DNA of 64,000 nucleotides from Asterias rubens (Eukaryota), in the NCBI RefSeq assembly GCF_902459465.1, contig NC_047066.1:5084001-5148000 (forward strand). The letters run 5' to 3'. The position numbers were made by a program, and so were the translations under genes. Under the pieces are notes generated by a model. It had not been told where the DNA came from. It saw only the letters and a list, made by a program, of their open reading frames with translations, and did no database searches. Positions 24,319 through 50,800 of this stretch are shown in pieces; positions within the stretch are counted from its first letter, which is position 1; the number at the start of each line of letters is the position of its first letter.

Positions 24319-25988
24319 ACTATTCTGTGTGAGTGAATAGTTACAGGGAATAGTTTTTGATAGACGGTTCTTACTACGGGAATTACTTACCACACTTTCA
24401 GTGCATCATCAATTTTAAGAGTATTGCATTTATTTCGTTTCCAGGGGGTGCGAATCCCTACCCACCTATTGCTTTTCAATGTATAAAATACTGAAGCAAT
24501 ATTCGTAGATTGTGGAGATTGGCCAATGTAGCCTTTTCCAGTTAAATTTACTAATTTCATTTTTAGAACATAGAAATGCAACAAACATGTTCTCAAAAAG
24601 CATGAAGACTCTGTAAACCAATAACTTAGCACTGCGCACATTTTTATCTATAAAGCTGTATTTAATACTGCCATGTCATTTCTTGCTGATGTATAAAAAT
24701 AGAAAATAATTTTAAAGGGTCTCTTTAAAAATAGTGACCCCTCTAAAGGTAGGCCCCGGGCCGTTAAACGCGGCTCCGTGCCCCACCCTTAGTCACGAGC
24801 ACACAGGGTCAGTAATGAAAAGGGCAAACTATAATTCTCTGACCCCATAGCATTTCCTTCATCCATCCCGGTGGAAAGAATTTTAAATCACTGATGTAAA
24901 ATAATCGATTGGCAGTAAATGGATTAATATAAACCACTGCATTATCTTGTTATTCGGAAAATAAACCACTATAACCCCTTGAAGGTTAATGCTACACAGA
25001 CTCGTACTAATGAAATGTGTAGTTATTTGTACAAATCTACTGGCGATTGAGTTAACTTTTTTACAACAAGTATAAATGAAAACTTCGTTTTCAATTTTTA
25101 CAACATCTGTACAATTTCTGTACACAAAATATCAATCAATAACATTTGAATCAAGCAAAACCCTTGATTTCAGAAAACAGAAACCTAAAAAACTAATAGT
25201 TATGATAAGAATCAAGAAATCAAATACAACTAAAGGGAACGATCGCGATTGTCATTCAGCAACAAAAGTTTTTAACAAAGTTCTAGGACGCGAATGTAGT
25301 ATCAAACACACGGTTTAAGACCTTTGTCAGTCTGGCTGATGTTATTTCCCCGAGAGAGGGAGCTCATACGGATGCCAAGCCGATTATTGGAACTGGGTCA
25401 TTAGTGTGAATAATTCATAGTACTTTACAAAATCAATTTATATAACCCAGAAAGAATGGTGAAAAGTTAAAGTAAAATACAGACACCAAAGAAGCAGTAA
25501 TTTTATATAAACAAAATACACTATCGAAGTACTTTGTGAAATAATATTTTTGAAACAATTCCCATTACTCTTATAGAGTGGAATTTCTGTACGTTATCCT
25601 TGCCTGCAACGATAAAACAATGTTCAAAAACATGATCATAATATAATTATATGAAACCAATGATACATGCAACAATAAATCTCATACCACGACATGTGTA
25701 CATGATGATAATTATCATAATATTGTACTGGCTTGACTTTGACAGATTAAATTTCGAAACAGGAACAACTCTTTTTGTTTTCGCCCCTCCCGCCCCCACC
25801 CCCACCTATATTAGACGAGTCAGTATAAATAAGGTTGACTTTATGACATGCCAGCACGTGCGACGTTTCATCAACATTTGCCTGTCAAAGTTAACTATAT
25901 ACTCGTATTCGTTTCAACTGTTCGCAGTTATCTCATCAATGCACTGCAGTGTTGGCTTTTCGCAACCAATTCACCAATGCATTGCTCA

Positions 25989-38060
<12,072 letters not shown>

Positions 38061-38254
38061 GTTTTTAAACCACCTCGTGGACCGTGGAATGAAAAACTCG
38101 CGACAAAATATCAACCGAGATGTACCTTTTTCAATATCACTTTGTTTTATGCTTTGCACCACTTCATGCGTTATCGCTTTATCTGGATATGGAACTGCAA
38201 TGTTTTCAGTCCGTTGCTTTTAAACCAACAGAAATAAGGACCTTGTTCCACAAT

Positions 38255-38305
38255 ACCGGAAATCGTCACTGTTTTATTATCAGGAAGTCACTCGACCCGA
38301 GGTCA
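38255..38305 (-). promoter_or_regulatory. Putative MMP-C proximal promoter with two ETS motifs
   Basis: ACCGGAAAT 38255-38263 and CAGGAAGT 38281-38288, each next to (C/G)GTCA/AGTCA half-sites, ~200 bp upstream of the ATG. Motif match only. Confidence 0.4.
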
Positions 38306-38625
38306 TTGTTTTAACAGATTTGATCGACCTATTGTTCCTAAGCTCTTCTGCGAAGGCCGGTTGCTCATTATTTCGACGTGGTTTTTGCGAAATTATACAC
38401 AATTTGAATGCGATTACGTAGTGGATTAGACTTATGGACAAGTCGTTCAATGTTTGTCGTGTATAAACGGTTCTATAGTGCATCTCAACTGTTCTCGCGA
38501 GACTCTTGGCTCCCGACTACACACAATCCCATATAACTTTGAAATTTTAATGTGGCCACAAGTATAGTGGAAGTTATAATCCAGTCGAGGACAATGCAGG
38601 CTTGGCCATTCACATTCACAGAAGA

Positions 38626-41600
38626 ATAGATGGATAGATAGATAGATAAAAGGTTTATTGACAATAGCCATCACAGCATAAAAACTGAATTGCAACTATG
38701 ATACAATATTTTAAAAAGATTAAAAGGACATCATTAAGAGAACAACAATTAATATACAAAAATGGTTATTATAAAATACACAAGCAAAAAGGGGAATAAA
38801 ATTAAACAGCAACCACACACCTTTGGCAAGACACACACCACACCAGCACACACAAAAAGGAACAAAAACGCACGTACACACTTGGACTAAACAAAAACAG
38901 CATTTAACAAGAACTCTGCAACACAAACAAGACCAAGAGCTTTATAAAACGGAATGCAATAAAAAATCAATTAATATTGTACAAATCGAACCAGGTAACA
39001 AAATACAACAAGCCATGAGTCATAAGCACAGGCCGGAGAACTATGGGGTCCGGATGGGAGAAAAAAAAACATTTGAAAAATAAATCAAAGTCAAACAGAA
39101 CTGTTATTCCACATATTAGCCATATATATGAGAGGGTTTTTCTGACAGCGAGTTGTTCTACATCTAGGAACGGACAGTTTGTTTGAGTTCCTTAGGTCTC
39201 TATTGTGGATGGTACTCTTCTTTGGAGGGACCCAACTATGGAAACGCTCTGATTTCATTAGTGATTTGAAGAAATTAAGGCAAAGCTGTTCTCGTCTATC
39301 AAACAATGTGGATAACTTACAGAGTTCAAGTGCCTCATCATACTGTGTGTACTGATTGCCAAGGATGATCTTACAAGCCCTTCTCTGAACTCGTTCCAGT
39401 GCAGCGCTCTCCTTGGCAGTAAGACCAGGATGCCACACAGGGGCAGCATATTCTGCCAGGGGACGTACGAAACCAGAGAAGATGGTGATAAGATCATCCA
39501 TTGGCAATTTGAAGCGCTTAAGAAGTTTCAGTAGATACAATCTGCCATTAGCCTTTTTAAGCATTTCTGCGATCTGACTATCCCATTTTAAATCAGACCG
39601 TATGTGAACACCTATAATTTGTGCAACTTCCACAGTCTGTAAAGTAACATTGGCAATTTTGGGAGATTGTTGAACGGGGCTGTGTTTCATGAAAGATACT
39701 TGCATGGAAGCACATTTCTCAGGATTAAGTTTCATATGGTTCACTGCGGCCCAGTTCTCAAGTTCATCCAGATGATCTTGCATGACAGATGGTTCTTTAT
39801 GCGCTCTTGTCTCAATCAAGGTTAGATCATCAACGTACTTCAGGGATGTAAGGGAGGTATCAGAGGCTGCATCATTCACCATGGTTACAAAACCAAGTGG
39901 GCCAATGCGAGTGCCTTGGGGTACTCCACCATTTAACTTGATCCAATCGCTGGTTTCACCTTGGTAGCGAACACATTGTTCTCTTTCGGTGAGAAAACTG
40001 GCAACCCACGTAACAACCGATGGCCAAACGTCGAGGGAGATGAGTTTTCTCAGGAGAACATTATGGTCAACTAGATCGAAGGCCTTGCTAAAATCAGTGA
40101 TAACAACAGAGCTTACGTGACCAGGCTTATCAGAATTCATGAGCAAAGTGTCCATAAGTTTCGCCAGGTAATGAGTGGTAGAGACTCCCCTTACCGTACT
40201 GGTTGGGGTCTATAGATTTATCCAAGTCCTTGCGCAGCCACTTAGCCATGAAGCCTTCCGCAACTTTCGCAAAGTGGTCAGTCAGGGATATTGGTCTTAA
40301 CTTGTCCCAAGTCGCTGGTTTAGATTTGGGAATAGGGACGACCACAGCTCTCTTCCATCGAGGTGGGACAATACCTTCATTGTAGGATTGATTGAGGATG
40401 CTCGAGAGGGGTTTGCTAAGTTCGTACGCGAACTCTCTGATTAACCGTGCAGATATACCATCAGGTCCAGGGGCTTTCCCTGGCTTTGTCTTCCTCAACA
40501 TGTCGTAAACTTCGTAGTCCTGAACAATGGGACAGGGATGTTGATCAGGTCGATACACAGGGAGTTGAGAAGTATCGAGGGCTTCCAGATCTTTAGCAAC
40601 CGAAGCAAAGGTGTCGTTAATACCGCTAGCATTGGCTTGAAAATCTTGGGAGTCAACGCCTGGAGGAGGTTGTATACATGATTGAGAGTTGTTCAAGTTA
40701 GCCATGAGCTTAATCTGCTTATACCACTCTGCTGGGTTAGCTTTTTTGTGTCGTTGGACTCTCGTTTTGAAATGTTCTTCTTTGGCCTTGGCGATTTCAC
40801 GACGGACCTTTTTTCGTAGTCGTTTCCATTTGCAAGAACGATGCTCGTGGTGGAAAACGTGTTGGCGCTTCCGGATAAGACGTTTGACGTAGGTGGTCAT
40901 CCAAGGTTTGTCGGTACTATGGAGTGTCATGGTTTTTGTAGGGAAGTAGTGGTCTATTTTGGATTGCAAGGTGTCATTAAACGCATCACATTTCTCGGTA
41001 GCACTTGTTTGTCCATGAACTTCTGGCCAGTCATGATCCACAATCCAAACCCCAAACGCTCTGATGTCTGAGTCTCTCATAGGTCGTACAACTCGGGATC
41101 GCGTTGTGTTGATCTTTGTGAGGGTGCTGTTCAGAGGCGACCAAAGAACTGAAGAATGGTCGCTTGTGCCAACCGGGGAACATATTTCAGGGACATTGTA
41201 GTAACATGCCAGGTTGGTGATGATTTGGTCAAGGATTGCGTCTTTACGTGTAGGTTGCTTCACCACTTGGGACAGCCCATTCCCACAGCAAATCTGACTG
41301 GTTTCAAGGTGGTTAAGGTCGCCGAACAAAGTCACACCAGCATGCGGGTAGTTGGTGTGAATATAATCGAAACCATCCAGTAAATGATCAATAAGTTCAC
41401 GTTCATGGGTACAGTTAGGTGGGTGATAAATAATTGCATAAAACAGGACAGCAATATCACGTGGTAGTCTTTGCGGTCTGGCTTTCACCCACAATACTTC
41501 AAGATGGTCTGGCACTGTAATAGCATCAAATCTTTGAACCCCAAAGTTCTCACGAGCATAAATGGCTACCCCACCTCCACGTCTATGTGAACGGTTCTTT

Positions 41601-42390
41601 GTCATGAGGGTGTAATCTTTGATTTGGAAATGTTCCATTGGGTTTCCAGTAGAGAACCATGACTCACACACTCCAGCAATATCAATATTCAAGTCTTTCA
41701 ACATTGTACTGAATTCATCAAACTTGTTGTTTAAGGACCGGGGGTTGCAGAGGTAGACTTTGGGCAGTAAACGTGCTTTAGGTTTTGTTACAGCTGCCGG
41801 TATAGCAGCTAGGTTTGCATGGCAAGCTCCACTTCGTTTTGGATAGTTGTTTTGAGGACGAGTTGTAATACGGATAGTTATTCGTCTATATTTTCTTTTG
41901 CCAGAGCGACAACCACGACGAGTGACTTTGGCTATCTTTAGTTGTTTCATCAAGTTCCACACTGCTGGCACAATAGTACTCTTTGTTCTAACAGGCACAC
42001 TGGAATCGCGTATGTTCAAAAGAGCCTGTTTTGTATAGCTGTACATTGTCTGATTGTCACTCACTGATGTATGCAAAGCTATGGTACAGTGAAGTAGTAG
42101 TGCGTCAACCAAGCAGGCGTGTACATGTACATGCATGCATGTATATACTGCGTGTAATGAATGGTGGTCAATCTTCTAGTCCAGATCAAGTGAAGTTGGA
42201 AGCAAAATTGTGTTGGATGTGCAGAATTATAAGTTCAAATTGCACCCAGAAAGTCTAGCATATACACAAGTACTCACGCAATCAGCACACACAAATCTTG
42301 GAGGTTAAAAATCAACAGGAGACATAAACAAGACGAAACAAGTTACAAGACGGTAGAGCGGCCTTGCAACCGTGCAGCGCTCTTACTTCT
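38626..42390 (-). mobile_element. Near-full-length non-LTR retrotransposon, CR1/L2 group (Daphne/Crack-like); single APE-endonuclease+RT ORF broken by one frameshift
   Basis: ORFs 42136-40130 and 40155-39091 join across a frameshift near 40190 (NQYGK / GVSTTHYLAKLMD). Endonuclease motifs NPRSLNNK, GVCESW, GGGVAIY, GDLN, SDH. RT motifs KAPGPDG, RPISLT, DFSKAFD, GVPQGT, KYVDD. 3' UTR ends in AATAAA (38659-38654) and a (CTAT)n tail (38648-38626). The 5' boundary is approximate and no TSD was found. Confidence 0.9.
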
Positions 42391-44867
42391 GAGGAGTTAT
42401 GGCAATCATTTCATTTAAAATCGGACTTTTTACAGCATAAACCTTATGCATAGTGAAGTCATTTGTGTAGCCACCCTTGATATTAAGGAAGTTGCAGTGT
42501 GCACCGCGCGTATATACGTGCGTTTTCTCGTTATCGGTTTATTTCTAAGATGGCGGTTTGATGACGTCAATGCATATTAAGTCTAATACCACTGTAACTT
42601 TAGTAGAAAGGGTGAACATTGTTTTTTCACTTGAGGGTTGATCCAATAATATGAAAAGGATTCTGTGTCAAAAATTACCGAGAAATGGGTCAAAATTACG
42701 CAAAATCAGAGTAATTGTTATCTCCTCTTTGCTTGATGGGAAAGTGTACCATTAGTATTTGAAATTCGTGGGAAACTATTTCTTTCTCTAAAACTGCGTC
42801 ACTTCAGAGGGAGCCGTTTCAGTGTTTATACTATAGACCTCTCCCCATTTTTCGTTACCAAGTAAGGTTTTATGACTTTAATAATTATTTTGAGTAATTA
42901 CCAATCGTGTCCACTGCCTTTACTTTTAAGAGTGACTATACGAAACGTGTACCTTCACTTTCAGACAACAACCAGCGCTAATGTCGCATGTCAGTCATTG
43001 CGAAATAATACTTCAAAATCGTGATCACCGACAATCCATGTCGTGGTTAATGTTTCAAATTTCAATCAGAGACAGGATCATGCGCCTGTCATCAGATTAT
43101 CGGAAAACATATGTAAGAAAGCTCGTGAGTTTAGACATATATTATTAATGTAGTGAGAGACTTGCCACAAACGGAAGTCCGGGAATCGGTCAGACACCTC
43201 GTGTTTTGTTGTTGTTTACTTTGCGGGGGGGGGGGGGGGGCAAGCATTGCTTGCCTCGTTTGATGATTATGTGACAAGTATTATGATATAATTTCAAAGG
43301 CAAAGCTACACATTTTTGCTGTTTATAATTTAAAAAATAAACAACAAATTTAAACCAAGACGAATGCTCTATTTGGACATACTCATTTGGATTACGAAAC
43401 ACTTTTTAGTTTTTGGTACCACAACACCACAACAGTAAATCAAATTATGTTTTGAAAATCGAAATGACAACGCCTTTCCTATTTTTGTTATTATAATTAT
43501 AATAATAAGCCGTGTCTGGGTATGGTTTACTGATCTGATTTCCTGGTGCTAAATAGGCACACTAGTACACAATCTCTGGGCTTTTCAACGAATGTGATAT
43601 GCTTTTAAATAAATGTCATTTTAACTGCCTATACACGCAGGTGAACATTTGCTGTTCATGCTCCCTCTGGGTACGTTGTGAATATCAGCGCTAAAAAACG
43701 GTAGCCTGAACATCTGACGTCACACTTCGAGGCTCGTGAATTACGCCAGAGATCTGCCGTTGTGCCTATACGTCACATCCCCGTCCATAATCACCTTTCA
43801 CCACCATTAATTTCACAAGCAAGTACATGTTCATGTGCACACTGCGTGTGTAACCCGGAAAAAGGGTACACTTAGAAAAAGAATGAATAAAGCTAAATAA
43901 AAATGCTAACTATGGGGGCACTCGCTTGAACAATGAGAAAAAGCAAGATCGTTAGGGCTAAGACGCGAGGAGATGCAAAAATAGGAACAGTGACTCAAAG
44001 TGTAGGTTTCTCAACAAAAACAAAACAAAATAACTTATTGACTATAAACCAAAAACCTTTAGACCGAAAACTCTTGATCTAAACCTTCTTCCTTATAAAC
44101 CTTAAATTAAACCAGTCAAACCTAAACCAAGATATTTAACTGAGACTCAAAAACCAAAACTAAAATACAAAACACAGTTAAACCCGATTAAAACTAAACC
44201 TGAAACACAGTTAAACCAGATTAAAACTAAAACACAGTGCCAAAGAAAAGTTACAGATTAAAATCAAAATGGCGTTAGGAAACCGAGTCCAAAACAGCAG
44301 GAAATACTTGAAACAGGCAAAATTACATGGTGAAGAAAATCAACACTTGAAGAAGAGAGAGCTAGAACACATGTGCTCCCTGCGCTACCAGGCTGCTATC
44401 TGATTATTTACAATGCACTGTATGGGTGAATACACTACCAAAGGATTAAGAAACTGTTTACCAACATGTAACAAAAGACTTCTAAGAAATAACAACCTAC
44501 ATGTACAGTGGTGCAATAAAACAGCTGAAGGGACAATGTAAACAGGAAAGGGCAATTATTAACTAGAACCTGGAATTAACTAACTTGAATAATAACACAA
44601 TGAATTTTCTACCCCTACTACACATGCAGACGACCGAAAGTAAGCTTTCCGTGTGTTTTGATTGGTCAGAGGGGATGCATGTCAGCTGCACCCAAATCAC
44701 CTTGGACCAATCAAAACACAAACATGGGTAGCCTACGTCACTGCACGTTATCTAATGAAAATATTGTATCCAATGAAATCACTGGTTCTGTAAAAGCAGT
44801 ACATGTCTTCATCTGTGCAGATAAAGACAAGGGACCAGTCTAAGCTGAAATGTCCTCATCTTCAGTT

Positions 44868-47800
44868 TTAAAAGTTGTACTTCTTGTCGCTCACGTAGTC
44901 TATGTTCCAGCCGTGTTTATCCGCAAGTAGGCGCATGCATCGCTCGGCCACCATAGCAATAGTCAGACTGGGGTTGACTCCAAGACTACGTGGAATGATC
45001 GCACCGTCCATGACGTACAAACCCGGATGTACATCTGATGTATTGCCAACAAAAACCTTTTTCATAAAATGAAATAACAGTATGCTTAGAATTGTGTAAG
45101 GGATTGAATTACACTGACTGTTTTTATAAAGGGATATCACACAGCATTTGTTGTTGTAAATTTATAACAATTTGAATATCTCCTGAGAAGAAAATTATTG
45201 TCGTGACATTGTTTTACGCGTTTCTTAAAAACTACAGCATCTCAGCAAGTAATATTTAAGGGAAGCTTTCTATCATCATCATCTTCGAACCGCGTGAGTT
45301 TAATGTAAATCTGTGGACATCGTGTTTTGTGTCGCACAAAAATTATTCATATCCTTTAGAATGTGTGCAGGGAACCTGGCAGAAATGGCTGAAGTGCAAT
45401 TCATTTTCGTCATATTCACCTGTCCTTCGTGGCTGACCACACCCTCTTCACCTGTCTCGCCCATGCCACACCCACCGAGAGGGTGCACCGTAGTTACACC
45501 TTTAGTGTGTCTCAGCTTAGCGAAGAGACCAGCCCAGAGGGGGTTTGGTATGTAGTGACCGTGCAGCGAGGCCGTGGCTTCCTTTATACCTGTGAATCAA
45601 GGTTTTAAACAAATTACCAACAAATGTAAATTTTGTTTTACATTTATTACCATAATGGTCCAGATATTAAACACATGGAAGGACGTGGTTGTACTAGTCT
45701 AAAGGTCTCAAAGATTATCATAGAAGTACGTTTATACAAATAGTGACCCGTTTCAGACAGAGTCGCGCCGAACCAAATTATAAATTAAGTACATGAACAG
45801 TTCGACGTCTGAAACAGTTAGGAGCGCCTGGACGCACTGGAAGTTGATACACGACTGTTGCATGGTTTAACCGCTTACCCCTACCCAAGAGCAGGGGTAT
45901 GCCAATTTGCCCGGGGCACTGACAGAGGGCAGACAAAGTGCGGACCTGGGGTAAAGCGATCATAGTGTGAAAAGGCCGGCCGTTATTTCCCGGGGGCAAC
46001 CCCGGGGAATAGAGTTGTGTTAAAAGGCCTATGAACAAGACTCTGGAGCTTACCTTCGTGGACTGTGTTGAAGTTTTCGCCGTCCCCTACGCCCGGATAG
46101 TCGATCCAGACTCTTCCATTCTCTTCGTCCAGTCGAACGACACCTTCGGACGTGTCGACACTCATGGCCAACATACATGCGGTATTGGTGAATGCCTTCC
46201 CTGTGATGTGTCGAGCTAGTTCCCTCCAGTCGTCCTCTCCCGGCGTGGTGTCGACAGCGCTGTGAGGTGCCTCTAGCCACTTCAAGATGAACTTATACGG
46301 GAGCTCGGCGGCGGAGGGGACGGTGCCGTCTTCCAGCACGTAGCTGTGCTCGACACCCTTGTTGTTCCGGTCTCGTAGATCGATCACCTTGGTGATCCCG
46401 GGACCGGGTCCTTTTCCCTTGTCCTATTTCGGTTGAAAAATAAAACAAAAGACCTTATTCACCTGATTTCATTGTGGTAGGGTGCCCCCTCGCCTATAGG
46501 TCTCAAGATAAACGTGTAGTGACGTAAGCTTTCTATATATGTGTTTTGATTGGTCCGAGGTGACGTTTGGAAGCTGCACTTTCGATCGCTGGCATAATGT
46601 AGGTGAAAGGTGAATATGAACAAGGTGAATATGAACGAGGATTGACCTAGACTAGAGGGCACTCTCTGACTTAACTCAATAGCTTTGAAGGGTGACGTCA
46701 GGTGTTCAGGCTAGAAAGCGGGTAGACTGGTCAAATATTGGGTGCGTTCGTTTATCTGCACACGTTCGTCCTGGAAAGAAAACCCGTCACACACACCGGG
46801 GTTCGACCCAGGGAAGCTAAACGAACGCACCCACAAGTATTGGTTTTACATAACCAGTTATTATGCACGGGGACTGGCGTGTGACGTCAGATTTTTAGGC
46901 TATAAAGGAAGTTGTTCTGGTCAATCATGTGCGCCATAGTGTCTATTGAAACTTTACCGCACTTACATCCAGTAGTACTGATTAATTTGTCTTAAATGTA
47001 GTACAAATTAAAGATGTTGAGACATTTTGCAAACTTGGACTTGTTTTTAACCTTTTGTCAATAACCGACCGGGAAACATCCCAAAAGTGTCAAAGAGGAT
47101 TCCTACCTTTCTGGCCTCCTTAGTGGAGATCCCAACCGGTTTTAACGGCATCTTGGTGTTGTAGCTAAACCCAACCGTGTCTCCATTCGTAGTGAACGAC
47201 TGGCCGAGCCGCGAGGAAAGCTCCAGCATATCACGGCTTTTTGAATTCAGCAGGATGTTGGTCGAGCCAAGGGCGCCCCCACCGAGGATGACCACCGGAG
47301 CGGTTATGACGCGTTGCGTTGCGTTGAAGTCACCGTTGACGTAAGGGGCGTAATGGACGCGCCACTCGGCGCGTTCGTCGTCTCGAGAAATGACCCTGAC
47401 CTCAACCTGTCAAGAACACAAAAATGTCATAAAATCTTTCGACTATGATGATGCTGTTTTCAAAAACTTGTGCTCGTATGAATATAAATAATGATTTAGC
47501 AACGATATAACAATGATTTAGCTCTTCGTGAAAACGCAGTTCCAGGGTTCTTCAGATGTTTGTCTTTCACCAACTTAGCATAATTAATGTAGACGACTTT
47601 TAGGTCTATAAATTTGAAAATTTTGTAGATACTGTTCAACTAAATCGAAACCACCAAAAAGTCAAAATTAGTTGTTTTTGTTCTTCTCGACTTTCATTTT
47701 TTCGTCCCTTCGTGAAACTGCTGGCGATGTGGACAATGGTTTCTGTATCAGAGAAAAAAAAAAAAAATTCCCCCAACGGCAGTAACTAGGGAGATTGTTC

Positions 47801-50800
47801 CAAATCATTGGCCTAGCTACACTTTGTTTGCTGGGGAACATTCAAGCGAGTGATGTCAAGTGTGGACCGGGAAGAAATCGGGGAGTCAGTGTACTATCAA
47901 AGTAAAGTTGAGTTTATCGAGGAGTAGTCATCGATCTGTGTTTGTGAGAGAATGTTTACCTCCGTGAAGATGTGAGCACCATGTGCCTTGGCATCAGGAA
48001 GGTAGTTCATATTTAAGGTGTTCTTTGCTCCCGTATTACAACCTCCGCAGCAGTTGCCGCAGTTGTTACACGCTGGTTGCGGGATACCAACGTGGTTCTT
48101 CTGACGATCCTCAAAGTTTACGTAAATCGGGGTACTATTGGGCAACCACAGCAAAGTAAAATACATATTGTTTAATTACTAAAATGTCTTCAAAGGTGAA
48201 ATTGATATATTTTGAATTGATGCATTTTCCTCAAGAAAGTACGACTATTACGACTACATTTTTAAAGACACTGGGCGCTATTGGTAATTGTCAAAGACCA
48301 GTCTTCTTCAGACGTTACTTCAGAGTGAGCCGTTTCCCACAATGTTTTATACTATCAACAGCTTCCCATTACTCGTTACCAAGTAAGGTTATATGCTAAT
48401 AATTATTACGTGTCCACTGCCTTTAAGTATGGTTATTAACTATTAGCATAAAACCTTTCTTGGTAACGAGTAATTGGGAGAAATTGATAGTATACAACAT
48501 TTTGAGAAACGACTCCTTCTGAAGTTATGTAGTTTCTGAGAAAGAAGTAATTTTCCACAAATTTGATTTTGAGACCTCAGATTTAGAATTTGAGGTCTCG
48601 AAATCAAAGGCACACAACTTTGTGTGACAAGGGTGTTTCTTTCTGTGATTGTTATCTCTCAAATTTTCACAGGTTTGTTATTCTATGCATATGTTGAGAT
48701 ACACCAAGTGAGAAGACAATTACCAATAGTGTCCAATGTCTTTAAAAAGGAGCAATATGAGCAAGATTTGAAAGTAAATTTTTCATGAACATCTTTTACA
48801 AACATTGTGATAATGTTTTACTACATCTTTCATCAATATCTGACCTTGTATGCCGACAGAGGGCGCTCTATTTGGTGCAAGGCTGTGCATTATAATTGGT
48901 GAGAAGTGACGAAAAACTAAACCTGGCGTGCATCTGTATCCTTATCTGGAAGTTCTGTGTGTACATCCACCTGGAGCTTTGGTCATTCAATAGAAAAGGG
49001 CACCCTCCTTAAAGGCAGTGGACACTTTTGGTAATTACTCAGAATAATTATTAGCATAAAACCTTACTTGATAACGAGTAATGGGGAGTGGTTGATAGTA
49101 TAAAACATTGTGAGAAACGGCTCCCTGTAAAGTGTTTTAGTTTTCGAGAAACAAAGTAATTTTTTCACGATTTTGATTTCGAGACCTCTGATTTAGATTT
49201 TGAAGTCCCGAAATCAAGCATCTAAAAGCACACGTACAACTTCGTGTGACAATGGTGTTTTTTTTCTTTCATAGCTATCTCACAACAAGTGAGAAGACTG
49301 GTCTTTGACAATTACTGATAATGTCCAGTATCTTTAAAATGTGTCTTTTTGGCGCAGTTTTGTCGTCCTACCTCTTATAAATCTTATCCAGGGGTAGATC
49401 CTCAATATCTGCTAGGTGTATAGCGGCAGTCTTGAAGGCTTTCTGCTTCGGTAGCTCTGGGTAGTGTGACGGGTACTCGGTCGGCTTCATCATATCTAGG
49501 ACAAGCTCTCGATCGACGCCGTTCAGTGTGTCCAAGTCGTCCCGCAGTGCTTTGGGCCATACCTTGGTGGCAGTGAAAGGATCCGTATTTATACGCTATT
49601 CAGTTGAGACACGAAAGGAGGCCTGTGTGGCGGGAGATTCTCTCCCCCGAAGATTGTCACCCAGCACGGCGATGTGCGTACAAACTTGTTCCGATAGCAA
49701 TATCGACAAGCGAATCGCTATTTTTAAGGGATTCGTGGCTGAATCAAAATCATGTCTCATATGACTTATTATTGTTGTTTTGACAAATATATGTTTAGAG
49801 AATGTATACTTGCATGTATCTCTTAAAAGACCTTTTACTTGGTTCCCAAACTCACCTTATCTTTAAATATCCTCGGGTCGCAGTCGAGAGCCACATTTGC
49901 ATTAATGAGCGACGTCCCGCCTAGGCCACACCCCTTTAGCACTAGAACATCCGGGCTTATGGTGACGTCAAACAGATCGGTGGGGTTACCTTCGTTTTCA
50001 TTGACATAAATAGTTACATTAAGAAATGAATAGCAATCCTTGCAATCATTTCTGTGTAGTTTACCAGTAAATCATCGGGAGTTGTTGTGCTGTGAGATTA
50101 AATTCAAACGCATTGCGGTGGGCTGATAGTTCATAACTGCCATTGGTTATCATTGTAAAAAAAATTCTTTTTAAAACAAAAGAGCACAGGTTTCCCTTAA
50201 GTTTTGTTTAAAAGCAGTGGACACTATTGGTAATTATTCAAAATAATTACTAGCATAAAACCTTTCTTGGTGACAAGTAATAGGGAGAGGTTGATGGTAT
50301 AAAACATTGTGAGAAACGGCTCCCTCTGAAGTGCCATAGTTTCCGGGGAAGAAGTTATTTTCCACGAATTTGATTTTGAGAACTCAGATTTAGAACTTGA
50401 GGTCTCGAAATCAACCATCTAAACGCATTGTCGTGTGACAAGGGTGTTTTTTTCTTTCATTAATATCTCGCAAATTCAATGACCGATTGAGCTCAAATTT
50501 TCACAGGTTTGTTATTTTATGCATATGCTGAGACCCACCAACTGTGAAGGCTAGTCTTTGACAATTACCAATAGTGTCCACTGCCTTTAACCATTCATAT
50601 GGAAAGTGTGACACTGACATCACTAGTAAAATAATTTAAACATGATCATCGTATATTAGTTTAAAGGAAAATTGATTTATGCAAAAGACTGATCGATTGT
50701 TGCTAAAGACCGATCAATCGATGCAAAAGATCAATCAACGCAAAAGATCGATCAGTCGATGCAAAAGATCGATCAATCGATGCAAAAGATCGACCAATTG

